Of a stretch of 64,000 bases of DNA, positions 37,028-45,961 are shown piece by piece. A program made the translations under genes and the position numbers. How positions within the stretch are numbered: the first letter of the stretch is position 1; each line of letters opens with the position of its first letter. The notes under the pieces are model-generated. The model had not been told where the DNA came from. It ran no database searches and saw nothing but the letters and a program-made list of their open reading frames with translations. The stretch is from Verrucomicrobiota bacterium. GTDB lineage: Bacteria; Verrucomicrobiota; Verrucomicrobiia; Limisphaerales; UBA8199. The stretch spans positions 888 through 64,887 of the forward strand of contig JARKQH010000168.1 of the NCBI GenBank assembly GCA_029974925.1. Reading direction: 5' to 3'.

Positions 37028-39595
37028 TCAATTGTCCTGCACGTGGGCGAGTCCCAAATCCACGTATTGTCCGCCGCCGGTCTGCCGGCAATGGATCGCC
37101 AGGAGGTTCTTGCCAGGCTTGAGGGCCCCTTGGCCGGCAGCCGTGAGCGGGAACAAGTCATATCCCGTGACGTAACCTGAGCACCGAACGGCCAGAACAC
37201 CATTGATGTAAACCTCGACATCCTCATCGTGGTGCAGCCAGGCCTGGAGATTCTTCAAATTGCCAGCCGGCAATTCGACTTCGCGGCGGAGCCAGATGTC
37301 GCGAGTGTTCCAAGTGGTGCCGAGCACCGCGCCGGGCGTCCCTGGCGTCCCAAAGCCGCTGCGCCCCTCTTTCCAGCTCGAATCATCGAACGACGGCTGA
37401 TACCAATCGCTGGCGGGCTGCGAGGTCGTGTAGCGCCACAAGGCAGGTTCGCGATCGGCGGCGGGAAGCACCGCCGTGATCGTCGGCGGTTGCGGCATGG
37501 GCGCCCATTGCTTCGCCTTGGTCCGGTCGCGACGGGCATATTTTTGCCACACAGACTTGTCGTAGAGCATCTGGGCAAAGACGCCCCCCACCACTGGCCG
37601 CGCCGTAAAGCCGACCTTTCGGGCGGTGCGGGTCTGGTACCAGTCGGTCATCGGGGACCGATCGGGCGTCTCGTTCAGAAAGCGATGGACCGGCTCGACC
37701 AACGCCGCAAAATCTCTGCGATCCTGCGTCAACGTGGCGGTCCACAGTATCCAATCAAGCTTGGTGTAGGTCTGGCGGTTGTCCAATGGCAAGCCGTAGC
37801 GATTCTGGACCTTCCGATAAAACGCCATTTCCTTGCGTGCGACTTCCGCCGGGAACAAATCCAGCCCCAGGATCTCATCCCAGATTAGATTATATTTCTG
37901 GCTCCAGGTGCCGGGCTTGTCGAAGGCGAGCCGGAACTTTTCTCCATCATCGGCCTCCTTGATCCAGCGTTCCGCAAACTGGCGGGCCAAAGCGAAGTAT
38001 TCGTCGGCCCTGGCCTGCTCCCCGCGCATCCGGCAAAGCTTGGCAAAGGAACCCAGGCCGCAAATTGCCTTGGCGCTCAAATTGACGTTGTGGGCGAGGT
38101 GGCCGGCGAAGTCGTCGGTGCAGAGCTGGTTTTCGGGGTCAAACCCCTTGGCCTTCAGGTATTCAGCCCATTTTTCCAATTGCGGCCAGTAGAGCGACGC
38201 AAACCCGGCGTGGCCCTCCATCTGGGCGACCGCCGCCATCAGAATCAGCAGGTTGCCCGATTCCTCGACCGGCATCTGATTCTCCTCGGTCCGCTCGCCT
38301 CCGCCGTAAACCTGGCCGTTGGCCTTGGGATAGGTGCCAAGGTCATGCGGCGCAAAGGGGAATTTCCAGCGGTCGCTTGCCGCATAATTCATGAACGGAA
38401 CCAGAAAGGATTTGGCCAGCGAAGGCCCGAAAAGCAGGAATTGCGGAGCCATGGGATAGAACACGTCGGAGGTGCCGATGCAGCCGTTGGAGTGGTTCTC
38501 CTTGGAGAATTGGAGCGGCTGGCCGTTGGCATCCGCCACGAACTTGCCCGCGGCGAAACACTGGCGGTAGGCGAGCGCGGCCAGCTCGGCGTATTGCCGT
38601 CCGCCTGCCTTCTCCAGGTCGGCCATCAGCTCGTCGTCAAACCTGGCACACCGCTTCTGCAACGCCGAATAGTCCTTCGCCGCGGCCCGCAACAGATCGG
38701 CGGCTTCCCATCCGTTCCGGCGCCAGTAGGGCCGCAGGTTTTTCTTCATGTACTGGATGGAATACAAATCGTCATAAGCCACCAGCAGCCAGCGGGAAAC
38801 CGGTTTCTGACTGACCCGGCCAAAATCCAGAGTCACGAAGCCGGCGGATTCGTTGCCTCCCGTGCCGGCAACCTCCGGCAGGGACGCGCCGGCGCAAAAG
38901 GCCTCCTGCGCCGCGGCCCGGCTGGCGCCGATGCCTTGGCGGGCCGCAACTTTCTTGTCTGCGGCGATGTACAGGTAGCCCCAGTCAATGCGCAGGTCGT
39001 CCCCTTTCTTGACCAGCACCGGCTGCTCGACCGAACCGCAGGCAACCGCGGTCAGCGGCCCGAATTCGTGCCGCTGCCACACGACCGGCTGCTGCGGCTC
39101 ATTGACCGCCAGTTCGGAAGCCGCGTCAAAATACACCGCGACCTCATGGCTGTTGCCGTCGGTGGCCTGGGCGTCCCAAGTCAGATAGGTTACCGGCCGC
39201 GATAACAGGTCTATGTCCTCGGGCAGCGCGGCGGTTAGAAAGGTGAGGGTGACACGGACTCCATTGCCTTCGAAGGAGTAGAGGGTCCGGGTCGGCAGCA
39301 CCGCCACACTGCGCTGCGGCAACGCCGGCACGCTTTCCGGGTCGCGGCCCATCAGACGGAAGGCCTTGCCATCAATCCGAATCAGACTGGCCAAACGATG
39401 CGGCTTGCCCGTCCAATGCACCGTGTCGGCATCGGTCAGTTTGTCCGCCGGTGACCAAATGCTGAAGTAAGGATCGCAAGCGACCAGTGGAACAGCCGGC
39501 GGACGCAGGCTTTGTCCCGGGAGGTTGAAGCTGATGAACACGCCGGCCAACAGGGCCAGGCTCCTCGCTGCCATACGAATTGATGATACGCTCAT
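37028..39595 (-). CDS. glutaminase A-like (DUF4964/DUF5127/DUF4965/DUF1793) putative glycoside hydrolase with a C-terminal jelly-roll-like module
   Basis: N-terminal RPPAVPLVACDPYFSIWS..D.L......HWTG. Long alpha/alpha-barrel-like core. The C-terminal 135 aa are homologous to the GH2 tail. Confidence 0.75.
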   Translation of the reverse strand: MSVSSIRMAARSLALLAGVFISFNLPGQSLRPPAVPLVACDPYFSIWSPADKLTDADTVHWTGKPHRLASLIRIDGKAFRLMGRDPESVPALPQRSVAVLPTRTLYSFEGNGVRVTLTFLTAALPEDIDLLSRPVTYLTWDAQATDGNSHEVAVYFDAASELAVNEPQQPVVWQRHEFGPLTAVACGSVEQPVLVKKGDDLRIDWGYLYIAADKKVAARQGIGASRAAAQEAFCAGASLPEVAGTGGNESAGFVTLDFGRVSQKPVSRWLLVAYDDLYSIQYMKKNLRPYWRRNGWEAADLLRAAAKDYSALQKRCARFDDELMADLEKAGGRQYAELAALAYRQCFAAGKFVADANGQPLQFSKENHSNGCIGTSDVFYPMAPQFLLFGPSLAKSFLVPFMNYAASDRWKFPFAPHDLGTYPKANGQVYGGGERTEENQMPVEESGNLLILMAAVAQMEGHAGFASLYWPQLEKWAEYLKAKGFDPENQLCTDDFAGHLAHNVNLSAKAICGLGSFAKLCRMRGEQARADEYFALARQFAERWIKEADDGEKFRLAFDKPGTWSQKYNLIWDEILGLDLFPAEVARKEMAFYRKVQNRYGLPLDNRQTYTKLDWILWTATLTQDRRDFAALVEPVHRFLNETPDRSPMTDWYQTRTARKVGFTARPVVGGVFAQMLYDKSVWQKYARRDRTKAKQWAPMPQPPTITAVLPAADREPALWRYTTSQPASDWYQPSFDDSSWKEGRSGFGTPGTPGAVLGTTWNTRDIWLRREVELPAGNLKNLQAWLHHDEDVEVYINGVLAVRCSGYVTGYDLFPLTAAGQGALKPGKNLLAIHCRQTGGGQYVDLGLAHVQDN

Positions 39596-39784
39596 GTCAA
39601 TAATGCAACCAAGTTAGCGGCTTCTCCGATTTGGTCCAGTCCATGCGCGCCCCAACGTCGCCCAAACATTCTCCGCCGGCCGGCCGCCGCCTCCAAAAAG
39701 ACAACCGGCGGCTTCCACGCGGAATCGCGCGGGCCGCCGGGTCGTTCGAAAGAAGCGGAAGGTCTCGCCAGGACGCCGTCAAGC

Positions 39785-40786
39785 CTAACGAGGCGACGCC
39801 GGGAATTGCGAGATGGCTTTCATGTATTGCGCGCGCTCGAAGGCGCTCGGGTCCGCGCAATTTTTCTGGCTCAGGCTGCCTTTGAGCTGCTGCACGGAGT
39901 TGTACTCATGCTCCTCCATCCACGCGACCAGGTCGCGCTCGATGACTCCAATCTGCCGGACCCCATGCCGGATCAAGGCCGAGCACAGCATGGTTACGTC
40001 CGCGCCGGCCATGAGCATCTTGAGGACATCGGAAGCTCGATGGATGCCGCTGGTTCCAGCCAGGCTCGCCTTCACCTTGCCGTAAAGCAGGGCGATCCAG
40101 CGCAGCGGCACCCGCATTGCCATGGGAGTGCTCAACAGAATGTTGGGTTTGATCTCCAGGGTTTCGAGGTCAATGTCCGGCTGGTAAAAGCGGTTAAACA
40201 GGACCAAACCATTGGCGCCCGCATCATCCAAACGCCTGGCCATGTTGGCGAAGTTGGTAAAAAACGGGCTGAGCTTCACCGCCACCGGAATCCGCACCTC
40301 GGACTTCACCGCTTTGAGAATCTCGAGGTAGTTCTGTTCCACGTCCAGCGAGGACAGATTCATGTCCGTCGGGATGTAGTAAATATTGAGTTCGAGGGCA
40401 TCCGCTCCGGCTTTTTCAATGGCCTTGGCGTATTGGGTCCAGCCGCCCTTCGAGGAGCCGTTCAAGCTGGCGATCACCGGTATCTTGACCGCCGCCTTGG
40501 CCTTCGAGATGTGTTCCAGATATTCGTCAGGTCCCAGCCGGAATTCCCCCGGCTCGGGGAAATAGGTGAGGGCTTCGGGAAAGCTCTCCGTGCCATGCTC
40601 GAGGTGCCGGGCTAGCTCCAGCCGGTCCTGCCGGAGCTGCTCTTCAAACAGCGAATAAAGCACCACCGCCGCTGCGCCGGCCTCTTCCATTTGCTGGATG
40701 CTGTCAATTTCTTCCGACAGCGGCGAGGCGGCGGCAACGAGCGGAGAACGAAGTTTGAGTCCGAGGTAGGTGGTCGAGAGATCCAT
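39785..40786 (-). CDS. dihydroorotate dehydrogenase-like protein (PFOR-associated type)
   Basis: Class-1 DHOD-like TIM barrel (LGLKLRSPLVAAASPL, LELNIYY, PVAVKLSP) directly downstream of PFOR. Confidence 0.75.
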   Translation of the reverse strand: MDLSTTYLGLKLRSPLVAAASPLSEEIDSIQQMEEAGAAAVVLYSLFEEQLRQDRLELARHLEHGTESFPEALTYFPEPGEFRLGPDEYLEHISKAKAAVKIPVIASLNGSSKGGWTQYAKAIEKAGADALELNIYYIPTDMNLSSLDVEQNYLEILKAVKSEVRIPVAVKLSPFFTNFANMARRLDDAGANGLVLFNRFYQPDIDLETLEIKPNILLSTPMAMRVPLRWIALLYGKVKASLAGTSGIHRASDVLKMLMAGADVTMLCSALIRHGVRQIGVIERDLVAWMEEHEYNSVQQLKGSLSQKNCADPSAFERAQYMKAISQFPASPR

Positions 40787-40850
40787 AGGCGTTATTGAGC
40801 GTTAAGATTGATTGATGGCGATTGGTTCGATCGGTTTTGCCTTTCGGTCG

Positions 40851-40880
40851 CCGCCGCTTCCCGCTTCCGGGAAGCGGCGG
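40851..40880 (-). promoter_or_regulatory. intercistronic GC-rich stem-loop (13-bp perfect stem, 4-nt loop)
   Basis: ccgccgcttcccg-cttc-cgggaagcggcgg, 30 nt after the PFOR stop. No U-tract follows, so it is not a canonical intrinsic terminator. A weaker second hairpin lies at about 40882-40898. Confidence 0.4.
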
Positions 40881-40909
40881 GCGCGCCGCTTGGGCGCGGA
40901 AAGGCGGCG

Positions 40910-43900
40910 TTATGGCTGCTGGTCAATGGTGGTGGGCGGCTTCGGCGCGGGCGCGGGCGCTTCTTTGAAGTCGCGGGCGGCCAGATACTGGTAATACTTC
41001 CAGCGTCGCTCCGCGTCGGTCTGCGCCTGGCCGAAGAACCGTTTGGCGTCCTCCGGCTTGCTCTTGGTGAGCATTTTGAACCGGTTTTCCGAAAGCAGAT
41101 AATCCTGCACTTTGAGCTTCGGCGCGCTGGAGTCGAGTTGCAGCGGGTTCTCGCCACGCTCGGCCCGCCGCGGGTCGAACCGGTAGAGCAGCCATTGGCC
41201 GGACTCCACCGCCAGCTTCTGCTGCTTGGCGCCGATGCCCGCATCCAGGGCGATGCCATGCGCGATGCAGTGGCTGTAGGCGATGATCAGCGACGGCCCC
41301 GGGTAGGACTCGGCTTCGAGGAAGGCTCGCAGCGTGTGCTCGTCCTTGTAACCGATCGCCACACTGGCCACATAAATGTGTCCGTAGGTCATCGCAATCA
41401 GCCCGAGGTCCTTCTTGCCGACCGGCTTGCCGCCGGCGGCAAACTTCGCCACCGCCCCCCGCGGCGTCGCCTTCGAACATTGTCCGCCCGTGTTCGAGTA
41501 CACTTCGGTGTCCAGCACCAGCACATTGACATCGCGGCCGCTGGCCAGCACGTGATCCAGACCGCCGTAGCCGATGTCATAGGCCCAGCCGTCGCCGCCC
41601 ACAATCCACACGCTCTTGCGGACCAGTTGATCGGCCAGACTCAGCAGCATCCTGGCCTCGGCGCCGTCCAGCTTCTGGAGTTTCTCCTTCAGGGCCGCCA
41701 CCCGTTCCCGCTGCTCGTAGATGCCCGCCTCATCGCTTTGATTGGCGTTCAGCAGGCCGCTGACCAAGTCCTGCCCGATTTTCCCCGCCAGCTTCTGCAA
41801 CAGTTCGCCGGCCAGCTCGCGCTGCTTGTCAATCGAGACCCGGAAGCCCATCCCGAACTCCGCGTTGTCCTCGAACAGACTGTTGCACCAAGTCGGCCCG
41901 CGGCCCTCGTTGTTGACGGCGTAGGGCGTGGTCGGCAGGTTGCCGCCGTAAATCGAGGAGCAGCCCGTCGCATTGGCTATGATCATCCGGTCCCCGAACA
42001 ACTGGGTGGCCAGCTTCAGGTACGGGGTTTCGCCGCACCCGGCGCAGGCGCCCGAGAACTCGAACAGCGGGCGCATGACCTGTTGTTGGCGAAGGGTCGT
42101 CAGCTTGATCTTTCGGCGGTCGAGCTCCGGCAGCCGGAGGAAGAACTCCCAGTTCTCGCGTTCGGCCAGCCGCAGCGGCGCTTGCGGCCGCATGTTGATG
42201 GCCTTGAGTTTGGCCTCGGTCTTGTTCCGCGCCGGACACACCTCGACGCACAGCGCGCAGCCCGTGCAATCCTCCGCCGCCACTTGCAGCGTCCATTTCA
42301 TCCCCTTCCATTCCGGCGCCCGGGCGTCGGTGGACTTGAATGACGCCGGGGCGGAGGCCAGCTCCTTGGGATCGTACACCTTGGCGCGGATGGTGGCGTG
42401 CGGGCAGATCGCCACGCACTTCATGCACTGGATGCACACCGCCTCGTCCCAAACCGGGATTTCCAGCGCCAGGTTCCGCTTTTCATATTGCGCGGTGGCG
42501 GTGGGGAAGGTCCCGTCACAAGAAAAGGCACTCACCGGCAGCTCATCGCCCAGGCCGGCCGCCAGCTTGCCCAGCACCGTCCGCACATATTCCGGTGCGT
42601 TCGGGGTGATGGCCGGCAGGAAATCCCCCGTCCCGTTCACCGGCTGCGTCAGCGGCACTTCGTGCAGGTGGTCCAGCGTGTTGTCCACCGCTTTGAGATT
42701 CATCTGGACGATTTCCTCCCCCTTCTTCCCGTAGGTCTTGCGGATGGAATCCTTGATGGCGGCAATCGCTTCGTCCTTCGGCAGCACGCCCGACAGCGCG
42801 AAGAAACACACCTGCATGATGGTGTTGATCCGGCCGCCCATGCCGCTGGCCCGCGCCACCTTGGTCGCGTCAATCACATAGAACTTCGCTTTCTTCGCCA
42901 GCAGCGCCTGTTGGACCGGCGTGGGCAGATGCTTCCAGATCTCTTCCGGGCCAAACGGCGTGTTCAGCAGAAAGGTGCCGCCCGGAACGAGGTTCTTCAC
43001 CATGTCGTAACGCTCGAGGAACACCGGCTGATGGCATGCCACGAAGTTGGCTTTGGTGATCAAATAGCTCGAACGGATGGGCTCCGGTCCGAACCGCAAG
43101 TGCGACACGGTCATGGACCCGGACTTCTTCGAGTCGTAAACGAAATAGCCCTGGGCAAAGTTCGGCGTTTCCTCGCCGATGATCTTGATGGAGTTCTTGT
43201 TCGCCCCCACCGTGCCATCCGCGCCCAGCCCGTAGAACATCGCCCGGATCACGTTGTCCGGTTCGGTGGAAAACTCCGCATCATACTCCAGGCTGGTCTT
43301 GGACACATCGTCGGTAATGCCAACCGTGAAATGGTGCTTCGGCTCGGCTTTGGCCAGATTGTCGAAAACCGCTTTGACCATCGCCGGGGTGAATTCCTTC
43401 GAGGACAGTCCGTAACGCCCGCCGATCACTTTGGGCATGACCTTGATTTTGCCCCAGCCGCTGGCCAGACCTTCGACCAGGGCGGCTATCACGTCTTGAT
43501 ACAGCGGCTCACCGGCGGCGCCGGGTTCCTTGGTCCGGTCCAGGACGGCCACGGCCTTCACGGACGCCGGCAGGGTCTCCATGAACCGTTTGCCATCGAA
43601 GGGGCGATAACAACGAACCTTGACGATCCCGATCTTTTCGCCGCGCCGGGTCAGGTAATCCACCGCCTCGTGCGCCACATCGCAGCCGGAGCCCATCAGC
43701 ACGATCACCCGTTCCGCATCCGGCGCTCCGACATAGTCGAAGAGGTTGTAGCGGCGGCCGGTCCGCGCCGCAAACTCGTCCATGACCTTTTGCGTGATGT
43801 CGGCGCAGGCGGCATAAAAGGGGTTCACCGTTTCCCGGGCCTGGAAGAACGCGTCCGGATTCTGCGCCGTTCCGCGCAGCACCGGCCGGTCCGGAGACAT

Positions 43901-44557
43901 CGCTCGCGCGCGATGACTGGCGATCAGTTCGTCGCTGATCAGCGCCGCCATGTCCTCCTTGCCCAGCACCTCGATCTTCGATACCTCGTGAGACGTCCGG
44001 AATCCGTCAAAGAAATGGATGAAGGGAATGCGGGACCGCAGCGTCGCCGCCTGCGAAATCAGGGCAAAATCCATCGTTTCCTGCACCGACGCCGCCGCCA
44101 GCATCCCCCAGCCGGTCGTCCGGCAGGCCATGACATCGCTGTGGTCGCCAAAGATGGACAACGCGTGCGCGGCCACCGTCCGCGCCGTCACATGAAACAC
44201 CGTTGGCAACAGTTCGCCGGCAATCTTGAACATGTTCGGGATCATCAGCAGCAGCCCTTGCGATGCCGTGAAGGTCGTGCTCAACGTTCCGGTCTGGAGC
44301 GCCCCATGCACCGCTCCCGCCGCTCCCCCTTCGCTTTGCATCTCCACAATCGAAGGAATGGTTCCCCACAGGTTCCGTTTCCCTTCCGAAGCCCATTGAT
44401 CGCACCACTCGGCGATGGGTGACGACGGCGTGATCGGATAAATGGCCATCACCTCATTGAGTTGATACGCAACGTAGGCGGCGGCTTCATTGCCGTCCAA
44501 AGTCTTGAACTCGGCGGCCTTCGCGGCTTTTGCCGGACTGGTCTGTTGGTTGAGCAT
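40910..44557 (-). CDS. nifJ: pyruvate:ferredoxin (flavodoxin) oxidoreductase, single-polypeptide type
   Basis: 1215 aa. N-terminal DGNEAAAYVAYQLNEVMAIYPITPSSP. Two 4Fe-4S ferredoxin motifs (CIQCMKCVAICP, CTGCALCVEVCP). TPP-binding GGDGWAYDIG. Confidence 0.95.
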   Translation of the reverse strand: MLNQQTSPAKAAKAAEFKTLDGNEAAAYVAYQLNEVMAIYPITPSSPIAEWCDQWASEGKRNLWGTIPSIVEMQSEGGAAGAVHGALQTGTLSTTFTASQGLLLMIPNMFKIAGELLPTVFHVTARTVAAHALSIFGDHSDVMACRTTGWGMLAAASVQETMDFALISQAATLRSRIPFIHFFDGFRTSHEVSKIEVLGKEDMAALISDELIASHRARAMSPDRPVLRGTAQNPDAFFQARETVNPFYAACADITQKVMDEFAARTGRRYNLFDYVGAPDAERVIVLMGSGCDVAHEAVDYLTRRGEKIGIVKVRCYRPFDGKRFMETLPASVKAVAVLDRTKEPGAAGEPLYQDVIAALVEGLASGWGKIKVMPKVIGGRYGLSSKEFTPAMVKAVFDNLAKAEPKHHFTVGITDDVSKTSLEYDAEFSTEPDNVIRAMFYGLGADGTVGANKNSIKIIGEETPNFAQGYFVYDSKKSGSMTVSHLRFGPEPIRSSYLITKANFVACHQPVFLERYDMVKNLVPGGTFLLNTPFGPEEIWKHLPTPVQQALLAKKAKFYVIDATKVARASGMGGRINTIMQVCFFALSGVLPKDEAIAAIKDSIRKTYGKKGEEIVQMNLKAVDNTLDHLHEVPLTQPVNGTGDFLPAITPNAPEYVRTVLGKLAAGLGDELPVSAFSCDGTFPTATAQYEKRNLALEIPVWDEAVCIQCMKCVAICPHATIRAKVYDPKELASAPASFKSTDARAPEWKGMKWTLQVAAEDCTGCALCVEVCPARNKTEAKLKAINMRPQAPLRLAERENWEFFLRLPELDRRKIKLTTLRQQQVMRPLFEFSGACAGCGETPYLKLATQLFGDRMIIANATGCSSIYGGNLPTTPYAVNNEGRGPTWCNSLFEDNAEFGMGFRVSIDKQRELAGELLQKLAGKIGQDLVSGLLNANQSDEAGIYEQRERVAALKEKLQKLDGAEARMLLSLADQLVRKSVWIVGGDGWAYDIGYGGLDHVLASGRDVNVLVLDTEVYSNTGGQCSKATPRGAVAKFAAGGKPVGKKDLGLIAMTYGHIYVASVAIGYKDEHTLRAFLEAESYPGPSLIIAYSHCIAHGIALDAGIGAKQQKLAVESGQWLLYRFDPRRAERGENPLQLDSSAPKLKVQDYLLSENRFKMLTKSKPEDAKRFFGQAQTDAERRWKYYQYLAARDFKEAPAPAPKPPTTIDQQP

Positions 44558-44945
44558 AGGCGATTCTCTAAACGTTATTCCGTGTTGTTAAAGTCTTTTC
44601 CCGGTCGCGACCCTCCCGGTTCACAGCCCCGGCTGTCGGCCGGCGGGTAAAACATTTCACCTGTTTCTTGTGGCGAGGAGGGCGCAGCCTCGATTCCACC
44701 CCCGCCCCTCCACCCGAAGGCGATACCCGGCAGGGAGGTCCGACCGGACTTGCCGGTCACCCGTATTCTGAAAGTGTGCCGCTCGAAACGCGAAGCGACT
44801 TCACCGTGATTGTCAAAATCTCACCCTTTTTTGACTCGCCCAGGTTAAAAGGAGCAAAGCCCGCCTTGTCCACAGGCCCGCCCCTTGTCTCATCCGCCGC
44901 TCCCCGCCCGCCGGCCAGGAGAGCGAGAGGAACCTGCCGGGGAGG

Positions 44946-45308
44946 CTATCCTGCCGTTTTTTTCCGGGCCGGCTTGAGGCGCGGGGCGTCCCCCCAGAGG
45001 GTTTCGAGGTCGTAACGTTCGCGGAGGTCCTGGCGCATGATGTGGACGATCACGTCAAAATAATCCAGCACGATCCAGGCGGCGTGGAGGGTGCCGTCCA
45101 CCGCGCGCGGGCGCAGGCCGTGGTCGTCCCGAAGTTTGTCGGAAATCTCGTCCACGATGGCGCGGAGATGGGGTTCACTGGTGCCGGACGCGATGACAAA
45201 GTAGTCGGTGACGGACGACAATTTGCGCACGTCGAGGATGACAATGTCCTCGGCTTTCTTGTTGTCGGCGAGCTCGCGACAAAGTCGCGCCAGTTTTCTC
45301 GGGTCCAT
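44946..45308 (-). CDS. rsfS: ribosome silencing factor
   Basis: KAEDIVILDVRKLSSVTDYFVIASGTS..H..A..D, WIVLDYFDVIVHIM and YDLE.LW. Confidence 0.9.
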   Translation of the reverse strand: MDPRKLARLCRELADNKKAEDIVILDVRKLSSVTDYFVIASGTSEPHLRAIVDEISDKLRDDHGLRPRAVDGTLHAAWIVLDYFDVIVHIMRQDLRERYDLETLWGDAPRLKPARKKTAG

Positions 45309-45335
45309 GTGAGAGGGAAATTGGCCCAGGCCGGT

Positions 45336-45911
45336 CTAAAGATAAAGTCCTTTGTTGTAAATGGCCTCGGCCACCTGGGGCGGGGTGAGGTACTGGATGG
45401 GAAGGCCGGCTTTGACGCGGCTGCGAATCTGCGAGGCCGAAACGCCGAAAGGAAAACCGGAGAGGCGGTGGCCCCGGAACGGAGGCGGAAGGGGCGTTTC
45501 CGGCTCCCCCGGGCGGGTGATGACGAGGAAAGTGGCCAGGCGGGCGAGTTCCGAGGCCTGTCGCCATTGCGGGAGTTTGGGAACGTGGTCGGCGCCAATC
45601 AGGTAGCTGATTTCAGCGTCGGGAAAACGGCGGACGTAATCCTTCAGGGTGTCTATGGTGTAAGAGATGCCACCACGCCGGATTTCTTGATCATCCACTT
45701 CGCACCAAGGCAGTCCGGCCAGCGCGAGACGCAGCAGACAAAGGCGGTCGGCGGCCGGTGCGAGTTGGGATTCCGGTTTGAAGGGGGATTGAGCGGCGGG
45801 GATGAAATAAAGGCGATCCAACTGCCTTTCCTCTCGAGCCGCACAGGCCACCAGCAGATGGCCCGTATGGACCGGATCAAAGGAACCGCCGAAGAGACCA
45901 ATACGTTTCAT
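45336..45911 (-). CDS. nadD: nicotinate-nucleotide adenylyltransferase
   Basis: MKRIGLFGGSFDPVHTGHL, ISYTIDTL and SASQIR. Start verified at the ATG at 45911; the longer track ORF has an implausible N-terminus. Confidence 0.9.
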   Translation of the reverse strand: MKRIGLFGGSFDPVHTGHLLVACAAREERQLDRLYFIPAAQSPFKPESQLAPAADRLCLLRLALAGLPWCEVDDQEIRRGGISYTIDTLKDYVRRFPDAEISYLIGADHVPKLPQWRQASELARLATFLVITRPGEPETPLPPPFRGHRLSGFPFGVSASQIRSRVKAGLPIQYLTPPQVAEAIYNKGLYL

Positions 45912-45961
45912 GATAAGGAGGAATGGATAAAAGAGCTGCGAAATCAGGGGTAAAGCGGCGG

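Noticed and set aside
40821-40845. GGTTCGATCGG resembling a tRNA T-arm (GGTTCGAATCC).
   Set aside because: No acceptor-stem complementarity or D/anticodon arms could be drawn around it. It lies in the PFOR/DHOD-like spacer next to a simple hairpin.
44558-44945. 388-nt region upstream of PFOR as a possible riboswitch or leader peptide.
   Set aside because: It contains only short local hairpins (for example accgg-caagt-ccggt) and a lone TTGACA. I could recall no riboswitch consensus there. The 61-aa ORF at 44575-44760 is Gly/Pro-rich and unconvincing.
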